64,000 nucleotides of DNA from Lama guanicoe (taxonomy: Eukaryota): NCBI GenBank assembly GCA_013239625.1, contig MU053881.1:6223957-6287956 (forward strand). The letters run 5' to 3'. Below the pieces are notes generated by a model. That model saw only the letters and a list, made by a program, of their open reading frames with translations, searched no databases and had not been told where the DNA came from. A program made the position numbers and the translations under genes. Shown here in pieces: positions 26,355 to 37,810 of this stretch (within the stretch, counting starts at the first letter, position 1; every line of letters begins with the position of its first letter).

Positions 26355-26412
<58 letters not shown>

Positions 26413-29190
26413 AGAAGACGTTGCCAACATCAGGGATGAAAGAGGGAACATCACTAGAGATTCTACAGAACTCACATTGTATAGCAAGAGGATATTATGG
26501 ATGATTTTATGTCAATAATGTCAGATGAACTTTAGATGAAATGGACAAGTTCCTTTAAAGACACAAAAACTACTCAAGATGTAATAGGTAACTGGAATAG
26601 TCCTATGTCCACTATGGAAATTTAATTTGTAGCTAATAACCTTCTAATAAAGCAAAATCTAGGCCTAATGGCTTCACTAGGGAATTCTATCAAACATTTA
26701 AGGAAGAAATGGTAACAACTCTACACAAACTTCTTAAGAAAATAGGAGAGGAGGGAACATTTTCAAACTCATTTTATAAAGGCCCCAGTCCAACACTAAG
26801 AAAAGGCAGAGATAAGAAGAACAGAAAACTATAAAGGAAGGACTACAGAAGAACACGTCAATAGCTGTCACGAACATAAATGTAAAAAATCTGTACTAAA
26901 GTTCTAGAAAGTTGAATCCAGTAATACATAAGAAGAATGATTCATTGTAAACAAGTGTGGAATGCAAGGTTGTTTTAACATTCAACTATCCATCAATGTG
27001 ATGATTAACATTGTGTAATGCATTAATAGACCAAAAAAGGTAAACCACATGATCACCTCAGTATATGTAGAAAAAGAATTTGATAAAATTCAACACCCAT
27101 TCATGATAACACTCTCAGAAAACTACAAGAGAAGTGAATTTCCTCAACAAGATAAAGAATATCTATGAAAAGCCTAGAGTTAACATTACGCTGAATGGTG
27201 AAAGAACGAATACTTCCTGCATAACTCAGGAGACAAGGAAAGAACGTTTGCTACCATCACTTCCAATTAACATTGCCCTGTAGGTCCTAGCCAGCGTGAT
27301 AAAGAAGAAAAAAAAAAAAGAAGTCACAGATTGGAAAGGAAGAGGTAAAACTACATTTGCAGACACATCTATGTAGAAAATCTTCAGAAATTAACAAAAG
27401 GTTATCAGGAGTAATAAGCAAATTTAGCCAGGTTACAGGTTACACGGTCAACATACTGAAAAATCAACCACAACTCTACATGGCAGCAAAAACAATAGAA
27501 ATTGAAATTCAATATAATTTACAATAGCATAAAAACAAAATATGTATAAATGTAACAACATATGGTTAAGGCTTATACATTTAAAACTATAGCTTGAGAA
27601 AAGTTAAAGAAGATCTAAATAAATGGACAGGTATGGCATTTTCAGGAACTGAACACTCAGTATTGCTAAGATGTCAAGTCTCCTCAAATTGGACTACAGA
27701 TTCAATGCAACCTAATATATATTTCCTTGCTCATTTTTTTTCCTAACAGGAGTAACTGACAAGGTGACTAATACTTGTAAAAAATGCAGAGGACCCAGAA
27801 TAGCCAAGACAATTTTAAAAGAGGAAAACAAAACTAGAGGGCTACAGTACCGGACTTTAAGACTTACTATAAAGTTAGGACAGTATAGAAGTGGCACAAA
27901 GTAATCTACTAGATAAAGGATGTTCTTCAACAAAAGAAGCTAGAACAACTGAATACTCATGTTAAAAATAAAAGAATCCTGGCTTTTATTTCATAATACA
28001 AAAAATATATTGAAATGAATCATAGACCTAAACGTGAGAACTGAAACTATAAAACTTTTAGAAGAAAATATAGAAAAAACCTTCACGGTCTTGGGTTAAA
28101 AAGCAAAGATTTCTTAGGATAGGACCCAAAAGACATGAACTGTAGGAAAAAATAATAATAAGTTGGGCTTCCTAAGAATTGAACCCTTTCGCTCTTCAGA
28201 AGATACTATTAAGAAAATAAAAAAGAAAAGCCAAGGCTGAAAAAATAGTTGTAAAACATATACCTGTTCAAAGAGCTGTATCTAGAATAAACAACAAACT
28301 CTTCTAAGATAAAGAACCCAGCTAAAAAAAAACCAAAAAAAAACCAGGTAGAATGTTTGAAAAAATACTTCATGAAGAAGATACTTGAATGGCAAATAAG
28401 CATGAAAAGATGCTCAAATCATCATTCATTAGTGAAATGCAAATTAAACCACAAGAAGATTCCACTTCCCCCTCATGAGGATGGCTAATATTTAAAAGAC
28501 TGATAATAGCAAGTGTTAGAGAAGATAGGGGGCAACTGGGGCCCTCATACATTGCTGGGGGGAGCAAAATGGTACAATCACTTTGGGAACCAGTTTGGCA
28601 GTTTTTTATAATTTAAAATATACACTTAGCATACAACCCAGAAATTCCATGCTGGTATTTACCTAGGAGAAATAATATTTGTCCACAGAAAGACTTGTAC
28701 ATGAATGTTCATAGTAGCATTATTCAAAGTAACCAAATAATGGAAACCACCAAAATGTTATCTATCAGCTGGTGAATATATAAACAAATGTGGAAATCCA
28801 TACAATGGAGTAATACTCAGCAATAGAAAGAAAAAACTAACTGATTTGCAAAACAGCATGGATGAATCTCAAAGGTATTATGCTAAATGAAAAAGGCCAG
28901 ACACAAACGGCTATATGTTATATGATTCCACTTATACGAAATTTTGGAAAAGGCAAAGTATAGTGAGAGAAAGTAGACAGTAGTTCCTTGGGGCTGAGAC
29001 TGGGGGAAGGGATTGATTCGTAGGGGTCACAAGGGAGCTTTCTGTGGTGATGAAAATGTTCTGTATCTTGCTGTGGTGGTTCATGACTGTGTACATACAT
29101 TTGTCAGGACTCATTGAGCTGTTCACTTAAAATCAATGATTTTTACAGTGTGTAAATCATACCTTAATAAAGCTGATTAAAAAATAAACT
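24140..29190 (+). mobile_element. Old, internally deleted L1 (L1MD/L1ME-like): 5'-like part, degenerate ORF2 and 3'UTR
   Basis: Colinear ORF2 landmarks (TTAAATGTAAATGG, TCAGACAAAGTAGATTTCAGA, GATGAAATGGACAAGTTCC, TTTGATAAAATTCAACACCCATTCATGATAA, GCATGAAAAGATGCTCAA) and tail CCTTAATAAAGCTGATTAAAAAA; many stops. The 5' boundary is uncertain. Confidence 0.88.
24919..25386 (+). mobile_element. MaLR solo LTR (MLT1D/E-like) nested in the L1
   Basis: ATTAAGGTTGCTAATCAG, CCTGGATTATCTGGG, GGAGCCATGAGCCAAGG, GCTGACACCTTGATTT, TTGTTTTAAGCCAC..TTTGTTACA; interrupts the L1 sequence TATGCTGT|CTAC with TGCTGT on both sides. Confidence 0.85.
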
Positions 29191-29367
29191 ATCAAAATAT
29201 GAAAAAAGAGCATTTCCTCTCTTGCAAGTAATAGTCAAAAAATAATCTTTCGGTTTTGGTACACAAATCTCTCCCCGCTTTGTAGGACAATCATCTCAAC
29301 AAACACATACATTGAGAGACCACAATCAAGTTTTTCCTCTGAAAACAATGTTCTCCATGATACTGAC

Positions 29368-29506
29368 CAAGAGTCGTGAGTCCCTCTGAGATGGATGTGA
29401 GAACATACAGGAGAACGGGAGGCTCTAAGTTGGTGATGAAGCTCATGTGGTCCTGGGTGAGACATTCCAGGAGTGGATAATAAGACTGGCTCAGTTTCCT
29501 ATATTG
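29368..29506 (-). CDS. RANBP17: RANBP17 internal coding exon (139 nt; probably exon 24)
   Basis: tttctgttacag|CAATATAGG...ACTCTTG|gtcagt; [46 protein letters not shown](D); phase 0 in, 1 out. Confidence 0.95.
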
Positions 29507-30149
29507 CTGTAACAGAAATACTAAGTGTCAGGCCACAGGGAAGTAAAAGACAGTTAAAGTCCAGTGAAAATTGCTATTTATAATACTGTATATTATAGCC
29601 TTACTTAAACATACATGAAATAAACATAAATACATAATCACAGATACATAAAATAAATACATGGAACAAATGACATAATGATTCTCAATTCAGTATTTAA
29701 AAGGGTTTTAATAAGAATCTCTTGATCTCTAGAAATCCTAATTTGAAGCTACAGCACAGCATAGTATGTAATTTCAATTTTGCCTTATATGGTTAACACT
29801 CAAAATGCAAGTAAAATCTCTGTAGTGTGGAATTTAGAAGACTGAATTATTTTTCTGAACTGGAATATGGTAACACTGAACTGTATTTAATAGTGGTTAG
29901 GCAACCTTTTTTTTTTAACACAAAGAAATTTGCTGATTATTATAAGAGGATTTGGCACTGCAGTCTGCCGTATTTATGCAATGTCAACCAATCTAACTAA
30001 ATCATAACTTGGTAAATAGTTTAGTATTTACCGTACATTATAGGTAAAAGGTAAGTGCATGAGGAAGATACCTGGAAAACCTCAAATGAAACTCAAACCA
30101 ATATCAAAGAAGTACAATAAAGCAGAGCAGTATTTATTAAAGTGAGATT

Positions 30150-30318
30150 AAGACTACCTCCGTAAGAATCACATGGGGTGCTTGTTAAAAATGTAGTTTT
30201 CTGATCTCCACTCCAGACTCAGAAAACAAAAGCCTCTGCAATGAGTTCTTGAAATGTGCATTTAAAAAATGTACACTAAGGGAGTCCTAAGCACTCTCTA
30301 TTTTGAGATTACTGAGTT
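30150..30318. mobile_element. MER5-like DNA transposon relic
   Basis: AGAATCACATGGGGTGCTTGTTAAAAATG...TTTGAGATTACTG. Confidence 0.65.
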
Positions 30319-31500
30319 AGAGGTTTGCTTGTCTGTTAGAAGAAGAGAAATTCCTAGAACCCTATCAGGTTTGTTTTGGGTGGACCTCAACTGTAATGAA
30401 GAGCTCCCTCAATGAGGTGTCTAAAACACACGGCTGATCGACTCGTTTCTTCTTTGTAATTTCTGTCGTACAGGCAGCCTTCAATGCGCATTCCATTCTA
30501 TTGCAAAGAGGATTGACAACTTTGGCTTGAGATGTGGTTCTATTAAGACCAGCTTAGAAAGTTGGAAGAGGGTGCCATTAGTCTGTTGGAATGTCAAGGA
30601 GCATTTCTCACGGGCTGACTAGTGAAGGCCCCCCAGATCTGACTTGTAACCTTGGGCTGGGAGCGGGTGAGAAAGCCTGAACCAAGCCTGAACATGAATT
30701 TGGCTGTGTTACTGAAGTAATTACTGTAACCACATTGGGCACATATTAGCTTTTGTGTAATCAGGCAGAGATGTTTTTAAAAAAGTCTGATAATGACACA
30801 GCTCACTGGAGGAGCCTGGAAATTTGAATTTCCAACAAGCGGCCCAGGTGATTCTGATGGGCTTCAAAGTCTGAAACCATTGACATAAATCATAGAAACT
30901 AGATGGCAGAGTAGAAAAGGGACCTGGAGATCACTTTGTTTAATTTATTCATTTTAAAGGTGAGGAAATTGAAGCCTGGAGAAATAGAGAAGGTGATTTA
31001 TTCAAGGTAAATGACTGGTGAGTGGCAGAGCAGAGACCGTACACCAGGCTGCTCAACCTTCAGGTTAGCACCCTGTCCACCACACCACAATTCTAATGGA
31101 AAGGAAGGCCAAACAGCTTGGGAAGTAGAGCCCAAACGAAGCCAGAAGATCCCACAGCCCATTCTGCATGTTTTGCCTTAGGAAACACAGACCTTTTTTT
31201 GAATTATGAGCACAGCTGTAAGCAATGTGTTGAAACAGCTAATTACATGTTCTCTAGATAGAGAGCCTGGAACACTCTAGATGACTGATTTGTCAGAGGT
31301 GGTAGCTGCAGTTTTAAAAACTGCACATTTAATACCACTACAGTTGTTCAAATTCTTTAAGTTAAATCATGATGCTGTCCTAAACCATAAAATATTCTGG
31401 TGCTGCTCTAACTCCCCGGGCTTTGTCATAACAATTCCAAGCCTGTGGTGGTGTTACTTCACATTTCACGCAAAGACTCCCATGATGCATGATTGCTTAC

Positions 31501-31715
31501 TAGCAGGTCACTGTGGGACACTGACAGCAGCATTTTGACAAAGGCCTGGAGTACATTGTCAAAATGGTTGTCCCCATACAACTTGAAGACGCCAAAGCTG
31601 ACATAATTTCCACACAAGGCAGATTTGAGAGCTGAATAGCAGATGGAGATGCCCTTGAGTTTCATTGGATAAATCTGATCTTTTGAGAGGCTCCCAAGGG
31701 ATAGGATCTGATTAC
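31501..31715 (-). CDS. RANBP17: RANBP17 internal coding exon (215 nt; probably exon 23)
   Basis: ccctaaaacag|GTAATCAG...GACCTGCTA|gtaagc; (G)[71 protein letters not shown]; phase 1 in, 0 out. Confidence 0.96.
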
Positions 31716-31879
31716 CTGTTTTAGGGTAAAAGCAGAAAGACAAAGCGGTATAAGCAGATGTAATTCAAAGCAGTTACGAGGCACATTATTTAACATTTTC
31801 ACTTCACTGCTAATGGTCACTTCCTCCTACCAGTGTTCCAAGAATTAGACTATCCATGTAATGAAAAATATAAACACAT

Positions 31880-32085
31880 AAGCCAGTTTACCTGGGAGTA
31901 CAAATGGCCCAAGGAAAACCAATCAAGGGTACTGGAAAACTTTTATATTTTTATCTGAATGGTAATTACATTAATATATACGTATATACACGGAAATTCA
32001 GTGAGTTGTACTCTTAAGATTAGTTCACTTTATGCACTTTAATACATATATTATCTCCTTTTCAATAAGACATTTAAAAAAAGTA
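31880..32085 (+). mobile_element. L1MC-like 3'UTR fragment
   Basis: AAATTCAGTGAGTTGTACTCTTAAGATTAGTTCACTTTATGCACTTTA motif followed by an A-rich end. Confidence 0.65.
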
Positions 32086-32600
32086 GGAGTAAATAACTAA
32101 ATCAAGAAAAAAGATAACTTAGGCAGAGATAAGTTAGCTCGAAGTTGTGGGGTGAATTTTCAGCCTTTTCACATTGATATTGAGTTACTTCACTCTTAGG
32201 AGTCTCACAGATTTCGTACATGAATTAAATGAAATAAGACACATAAGAAGTTCTTGGCACAGCGCACAGTAACTGTTACTTCTTCTTCTCCTTAGATTCT
32301 TTTTCAGAAAATCTAAAGAGATGATTGTTTACAAACTGTATTTAAATTCTATGTTTGACCATCAAAAGACAAAGAAATGTTTATGTAATCACCTTACAAT
32401 TTTTTTGTAGTTAGCATTTACAACCAACAATTTCTCTTCCTGAAATGTGTGCTAATAAGGCACGTTACCAGGCAATACCCAAGGATACTTTTTAAAAAAT
32501 TATAACGTCATACATGTTTCTTAGCTCTGCTTCTCCCTGTTCAAGCCTGAGTACTGCTTCTAAAACTGCATCTAAATTCAATTTACAAAATTCAGAAGTA

Positions 32601-33217
32601 TATTGTGGTTTTGTACTGTGTCAATTGGGCTAAACAAAAATTACATTTCCCAGAACTCATTTTGCTGTGCGGTTGTGGGCTAGAATTGAACAAAAGAGAA
32701 ATCTGTATGAGATTTGGAAGGTGGAAGTGAAGTAGCAGCCATGACTTTCTGAAGGTAGTTGTGATTAGAGGTGTGAGAAAAAGATGTAGAAATACTTCTG
32801 GGTTTCTGTTTGTCCTTGTTCTTTCCTGCTCTGTGCCTAGAACTACAAGCCCTGTTGACCAATAACCCCAAGTCTATCACCAAGTGCTTGGCAGCAAAAA
32901 GAGAGCAGCAGCTGTGCAGAGGCAACAGTCTTCTGCTGACCTCTATGCTTCCACACCACTCCCTCCTCTCACCCTGCATCCTTTCATGGTCCCACTCCAG
33001 CAGGTGGATGTCTCTAGCTTTCAGGTTTCCCTGCAAGCTCCAACTTGTCCATCCATGCCATTGTTTCAGGAGGGCTGACTGGGGATTTTTTTTTTTCCCT
33101 GAACTTCTAACTCTATTTCCCCATCTTTGCCCAAGGTTATATGAGGTTTAATACCTAAAATAGATCCCCTATTCCATAAGTGACAGTGTTTTTCCCTGTT
33201 TGAATCCCGACTGATAT
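32601..33217 (+). mobile_element. ERVL solo LTR (MLT2E/F-like)
   Basis: TGTGGTTTTGTACTGTGTCAATTGGGCTAA..ACATTTCCCAGAA..GAGATTTGGAAGGTGGAAGTGAAGTAGCAGCCAT start; CCCGACTGATAT end. Confidence 0.8.
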
Positions 33218-35338
33218 TATGGTAACCACATGTTTACTAAGAGGTTAAGGACCAATAATTCTAGCAGAGCATGAAACACAGGTTCAGCCCAGGGTGAAGG
33301 TTTTCTCCTCTTTATCTGCCTTAATAACATTTCTGTATACAGGTTTTCTTCTGCGGCTTTGCTTATAATTTATACATTTGAATGATAACACCATTGTCTA
33401 GAAGGCTGAGGCATATCCTGGAATTATACCACATTCTATATCCTTTCTCATGACTTCATTCTAACTTACCTTAGAAAGATATTGCAAGTTTCATAAACTT
33501 TCAACTCAATATGATAGCATTTAATAGCTACTATGTGTGAGGCTGGGACAAACAAATGAATGAAATAAAATCTCTGTTCTGAAGGACTGCAGTCTGGTGG
33601 GAGAAATAGATTTGTAAATAAATAATTCCATACAATGTGACAAACACTATCAGAAAGGTATGTCAAGATTTTATGGGAAAAAGGAATTGAGTTGATCAAA
33701 GTCTCTAAGAATCTTCACATTTGTGACTTTTATCTTAAAGTGTTTTCATGTCATATATAGGAATGCTGTAAATTACATGTCTTTGATTCATTTATAAGTT
33801 CTAATTTGTAAAAAAAAAAAAGATTTTATGGGAATAGAAAAAGAGACTGACTTAGCTTGTGCAGAAGAGCAGTGAGGGAAAGGCTTCACAGAACAGGCTA
33901 TGTCTCAAGGATCAACCAGTTTCCCAGGTAGACTCGACGGGAGAGGGGAGCATTCCAAGTAGATTACATGCACAGGCATGAAGGTCTGAAAAAGCAGAGT
34001 ACTGTAGGAGAGGACAGTTCTGAACCACCGCCTCTCTGTCTTGGCTTCAACTTCAACATAAATCAGGGTAGATACTTCTGCACCTTTCCTTTTCCAGGAA
34101 AGAAAAGCACTGCTTACATGTTATGGGAAAAACTATGGTCATTTGGTGATAGTGGTGGTGGTGGTGGCTGACACATTTTGGATTTCCTGCAGAGACCAGG
34201 GTCAGTGGAGAAAACTCGGTCATCTCTCCAGGCCTTTGTATGCTGATGTCCTTATGGAGGAAGTAAAGACCCTATATTCTCCAGCAAAAGATGGAATAGG
34301 CAGACCAAGAACTCTGATGTGGAAAATGTTTTGATTGTAAAGGACTGGATAACCTATCATCGAGAGGGATTAATCATTTAGAATCATAACTTTTGTCTCT
34401 GTGTTAAAGTTATAACCGGACATACATGTCTTGTCTTTTGGACTGTTTCAGGCACGTCTGGTTAATCAAAACAGTAACTGGTATACCATTATGACCTTGC
34501 AAAAGTAGAATGAGTAATAGTTTTGAAAAAGGAAACTACATTTCATTGTGCTCACATGGCCTGGCATTCTGTGGTGGCGATGGAAGACTATGGAAGAGAG
34601 AGCACGGCCACACTGTTCATGTAGTCGCTCCAAAAAGGCTTCATTCGAAAGCTTAAAACTGAGCAGTCAGACTCGTATTACCGTAAACCAGGCTGAGGTT
34701 CGGTTTTGGTGTTCGTAGGTGGGACAACCCTCCTTCCTTCCCTGCTCCCCCGTACACCTATAAAGGCCCATCTCCTTTTGTCCCAGAACTTCCTTCCTAG
34801 GAGAGAGATCTTCACTACACTGATGGACAGCTAGGAGACGAAGGCACTGCCAGGCAGGCAGCCACTGAAGCCACAAACAGTTGCCACTTTCATACTATTG
34901 CAGTAAGACAAAAATGATACTTTCTTTAATGAAATAAGAGACTTTCAAAGTTTAGAATCAAAAGAAAAATCTCTAATTACTTCCCACTGTCTATATCTGC
35001 CATAACTGGGGGCCGGGGAGTGAGGTGCTGTTACAGCCTTAACATTAGATCCAAGTGAGATAGATGCTGAGGCTATGCTGGGGCTCGGGAAAAGAATGCT
35101 GTGAATCGAATGGTTAACCTGGCCAAAGGCAGTGACTGGGGAAGGAAAGCACAGATGTTACGGAACTGCCGTTCTTACTGTTGTATCTGCTGTAACAGTA
35201 AAAGAAATTCCACTAAATAATAAGGGGAAAAACTGGGAAATAAGCACAGAAGACTCCTGATATAATTTTGCTTATTAGATATATTTCCCTCACTGCTTGG
35301 TTTCCTCTTCCGTAACATCTATCCTCTGTCTTTTTTGG

Positions 35339-35424
35339 AGAAGGGTGTGTGTGTGTGTGTGTGTGTGTGTTGGTTAGGACTCCATGATGTCCTCTTAGAA
35401 GAGTGTGTCCTCTTAGAAGGGTAT

Positions 35425-35458
<34 letters not shown>

Positions 35459-35568
35459 TGGTTAGGACTCCATGATGTCCTCTTAGAAGAGTGTGTCCTT
35501 TTAGAAGGGTGTGTGTGTGTGTGTGTGTGTGTGTTGGTTAGGACTCCATGATGTCCTCTTTAGAAGAG
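35339..35568. repeat. Three-copy minisatellite with an embedded variable (GT)n
   Basis: Unit AGAAGG(GT)nTGGTTAGGACTCCATGATGTCCTCTTAGAAGAG(TGTGTCCTCTT), three copies. Confidence 0.95.
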
Positions 35569-36719
35569 GCTCCTTGCTCCCTACACCAAAGGGAAGTGGT
35601 CTTCCTTCACAGGCCTCAGCTAGAGAACTATATAACAAGGTAACATTCTAACAGAAAATAAACATACAGTAAGTATAAAAGGTAGTGATGAACTAGGTGG
35701 GCTTCTGAGTCATACTGACCTGGGGTTTGAGTCCTACATCTTTGCTTACTACCTGAGTGTCTGAGCAGATTATCAACCGCTGTAAGTCAGTTCCCTCATC
35801 TTTAAAATGAGGATAATGAGGACACATAACTCACAAGGATCTTAACGTGAAGTAAAGGAGGCAGCGTATGTAAAGTGCTTACCACAGTACTGGCATAGTG
35901 CTCTACAAACTATAACAATACATAATACAAGGGGTTCACTTCTTTCTCCAGTCTAATAGCCTGCAAGTTCATACACGGGGAGCTATGGCCTGAAAAAGAG
36001 GAGGAGGTAAAGCTGGGTGCATGTGGTGCAGAGTAACATCACTTCCTTCTAATACATAATTCAAGAAAAGGTCAATACCACATCTTTGACCAGTTTCCCT
36101 TTGTTCTTTCAAAAGAGAATTGGCTGCAGTGGCTCACAATGTAGTTCTCTGACCCATAGTCTACCTGCTCTCTGTGCCCTCAAAAAAAACACTTTAAAAA
36201 AAAGGTGCAAGAAACAAGATACACGATAGTACATTGAACCAGGAAGAACTAACAGTATGAACAATGTTATTTCCTGGCTTACAAAGCAATCCATTACATT
36301 GATTTACCCCTACCCTTCAATCTCTAAAATTTTAAAATAAATTTGATATTCAGCTAACAGCTCTATAGGCTGAATGTCTCCATTCACCATCAGAGCAGTT
36401 ATGGGAAGAGAACTGCAAGCTTGCTGACACCCCTTCACGTCAGGTCACTCAACCCTCTCTGACTGCAAATCAGCCAAGGCCCTGGGTTGCAAATGGTCTG
36501 GGACAGAAATGAAGCTGTGAAGACTGGAAAGGAATATAATATTTCCCTCTCAGGTTGAAAGAGATTAAAATAATGCCGTATTGATAAGAATGTGGGAAAT
36601 TAAGAAAATTGCTGGGGATGTAAATTAGTATGACCATTCTAGAGGGCAATTTGGTAAAATTTATTAAAAATATAAAGAAATGCATCAGGCCACTTCTGGG
36701 AATATATTCTAATTCTGAA

Positions 36720-37810
36720 TGTCCACTACCACCTCCACCTCTCTGCTAGCATCTGCACTTGGACATACTGTCCTCTGAAACAGCCAGCCCCTCAACATGT
36801 TCAACTAGCTCCCATCTCCTCTTAGGTGCTTAGAACAAAATATAGTAATTTCCCCCCTTCCCTCCTATTCAATCTATTTTTTTTTAAATAAACCCTTCTT
36901 TTGGCCCTACTTTCCTGCCTGATAATACTCTTCTTTGTAACAAAATTCCCCCAAAGAACAGTCTGTCTCCACTGCCTTCATTTCTTCTCCTGATTCTCTT
37001 TTACACCCACTCCACTCAGAGTGCTCTTTTCAAGGTTCCCAAGGACCTCCTTGTCCCTAAATGTAATGGTTGACTCTTGGCTCTCATTTTACTTGATTCG
37101 TTGGCAGCTTCTGACATAGCTGTCCACCCCGTCCTCCGTGTCTTCCAAGACACACACTCTGCTGATTTTCTCTTACTTCAGTGTTTGCTCAGTCTGTCCT
37201 TTGCTGGTTCCTCCTCTTTCCCTTTCCTAACACTGGCGTACCCCAGAGCACAAACCGAGATCTTCTATATTTAAATTCACACCCCATCCCAGTGATCTTA
37301 TCTAGTTTTGCAGCTTTAAATACCATCTAAGAGTCAACGACTACCGTATCTGTTTCTCACCAGACCTCAGATTTGTATATCCTACTCTGCCATATTCAAC
37401 ACCCCCACTTGAATCGGCATCTTAAGCTCACCACAACCAAAACGGAACTTCTGATCCCCTTCACACTCATCTCAGTCTTTTCCATCTCAGCTAATGGTAA
37501 CTTCATCCTTACCGTTTTTATGACCAAATCCCTTGATTACATCATGCCCCTCATACTGTAAACCCAATCCACCAAGAAATTTGATTCGCTTTACCTTCAA
37601 ATTATATCCAGAATCCAACCACTTCTCATCACTCCCACTGCTATCACCTTCCTTAGAGCAATTCTTCACTTACTGGTCTGAATCCACTGCTGAACTCAAT
37701 TAAGGGAAGAATCAGTAAGATTCTTTTTTGCTTATTTCTCTTCCTGTCCCTTGTAATTCTCACAGTATCAGACACAGAGTAAACACTCAACAAACATTAA
37801 CTGCATGGAT
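36720..37810 (+). mobile_element. L2 fragment (other L2 pieces near 22850, 45950-46680, 48300-49190, 61265-61720 on +; 2440, 18350, 33500 on -)
   Basis: L2 motifs CAAGGTTCCCAAGGACCTCC, CTCTCATTTTACTTGA, GCTTTAAATACCATCTA, ATCCAGAATCCAACCACTTCTCA; tail CACTCAACAAACATT. Confidence 0.8.

Noticed and set aside
31716..31735. U12 branch site at the 215-nt exon acceptor (TACCCTAAAACAG)
   Set aside because: Poor match to TCCTTAAC, too close to the AG, and a normal pyrimidine tract lies upstream; treated as U2.
34758..34770. TATA-like CTATAAAGG as an internal promoter
   Set aside because: Isolated motif with no CpG island or downstream exon support.
35339..35568. CRISPR-like repeat-spacer pattern
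   Set aside because: The 'spacers' are just (GT)n, there are no cas genes, and the context is a mammalian intron; it is a VNTR.
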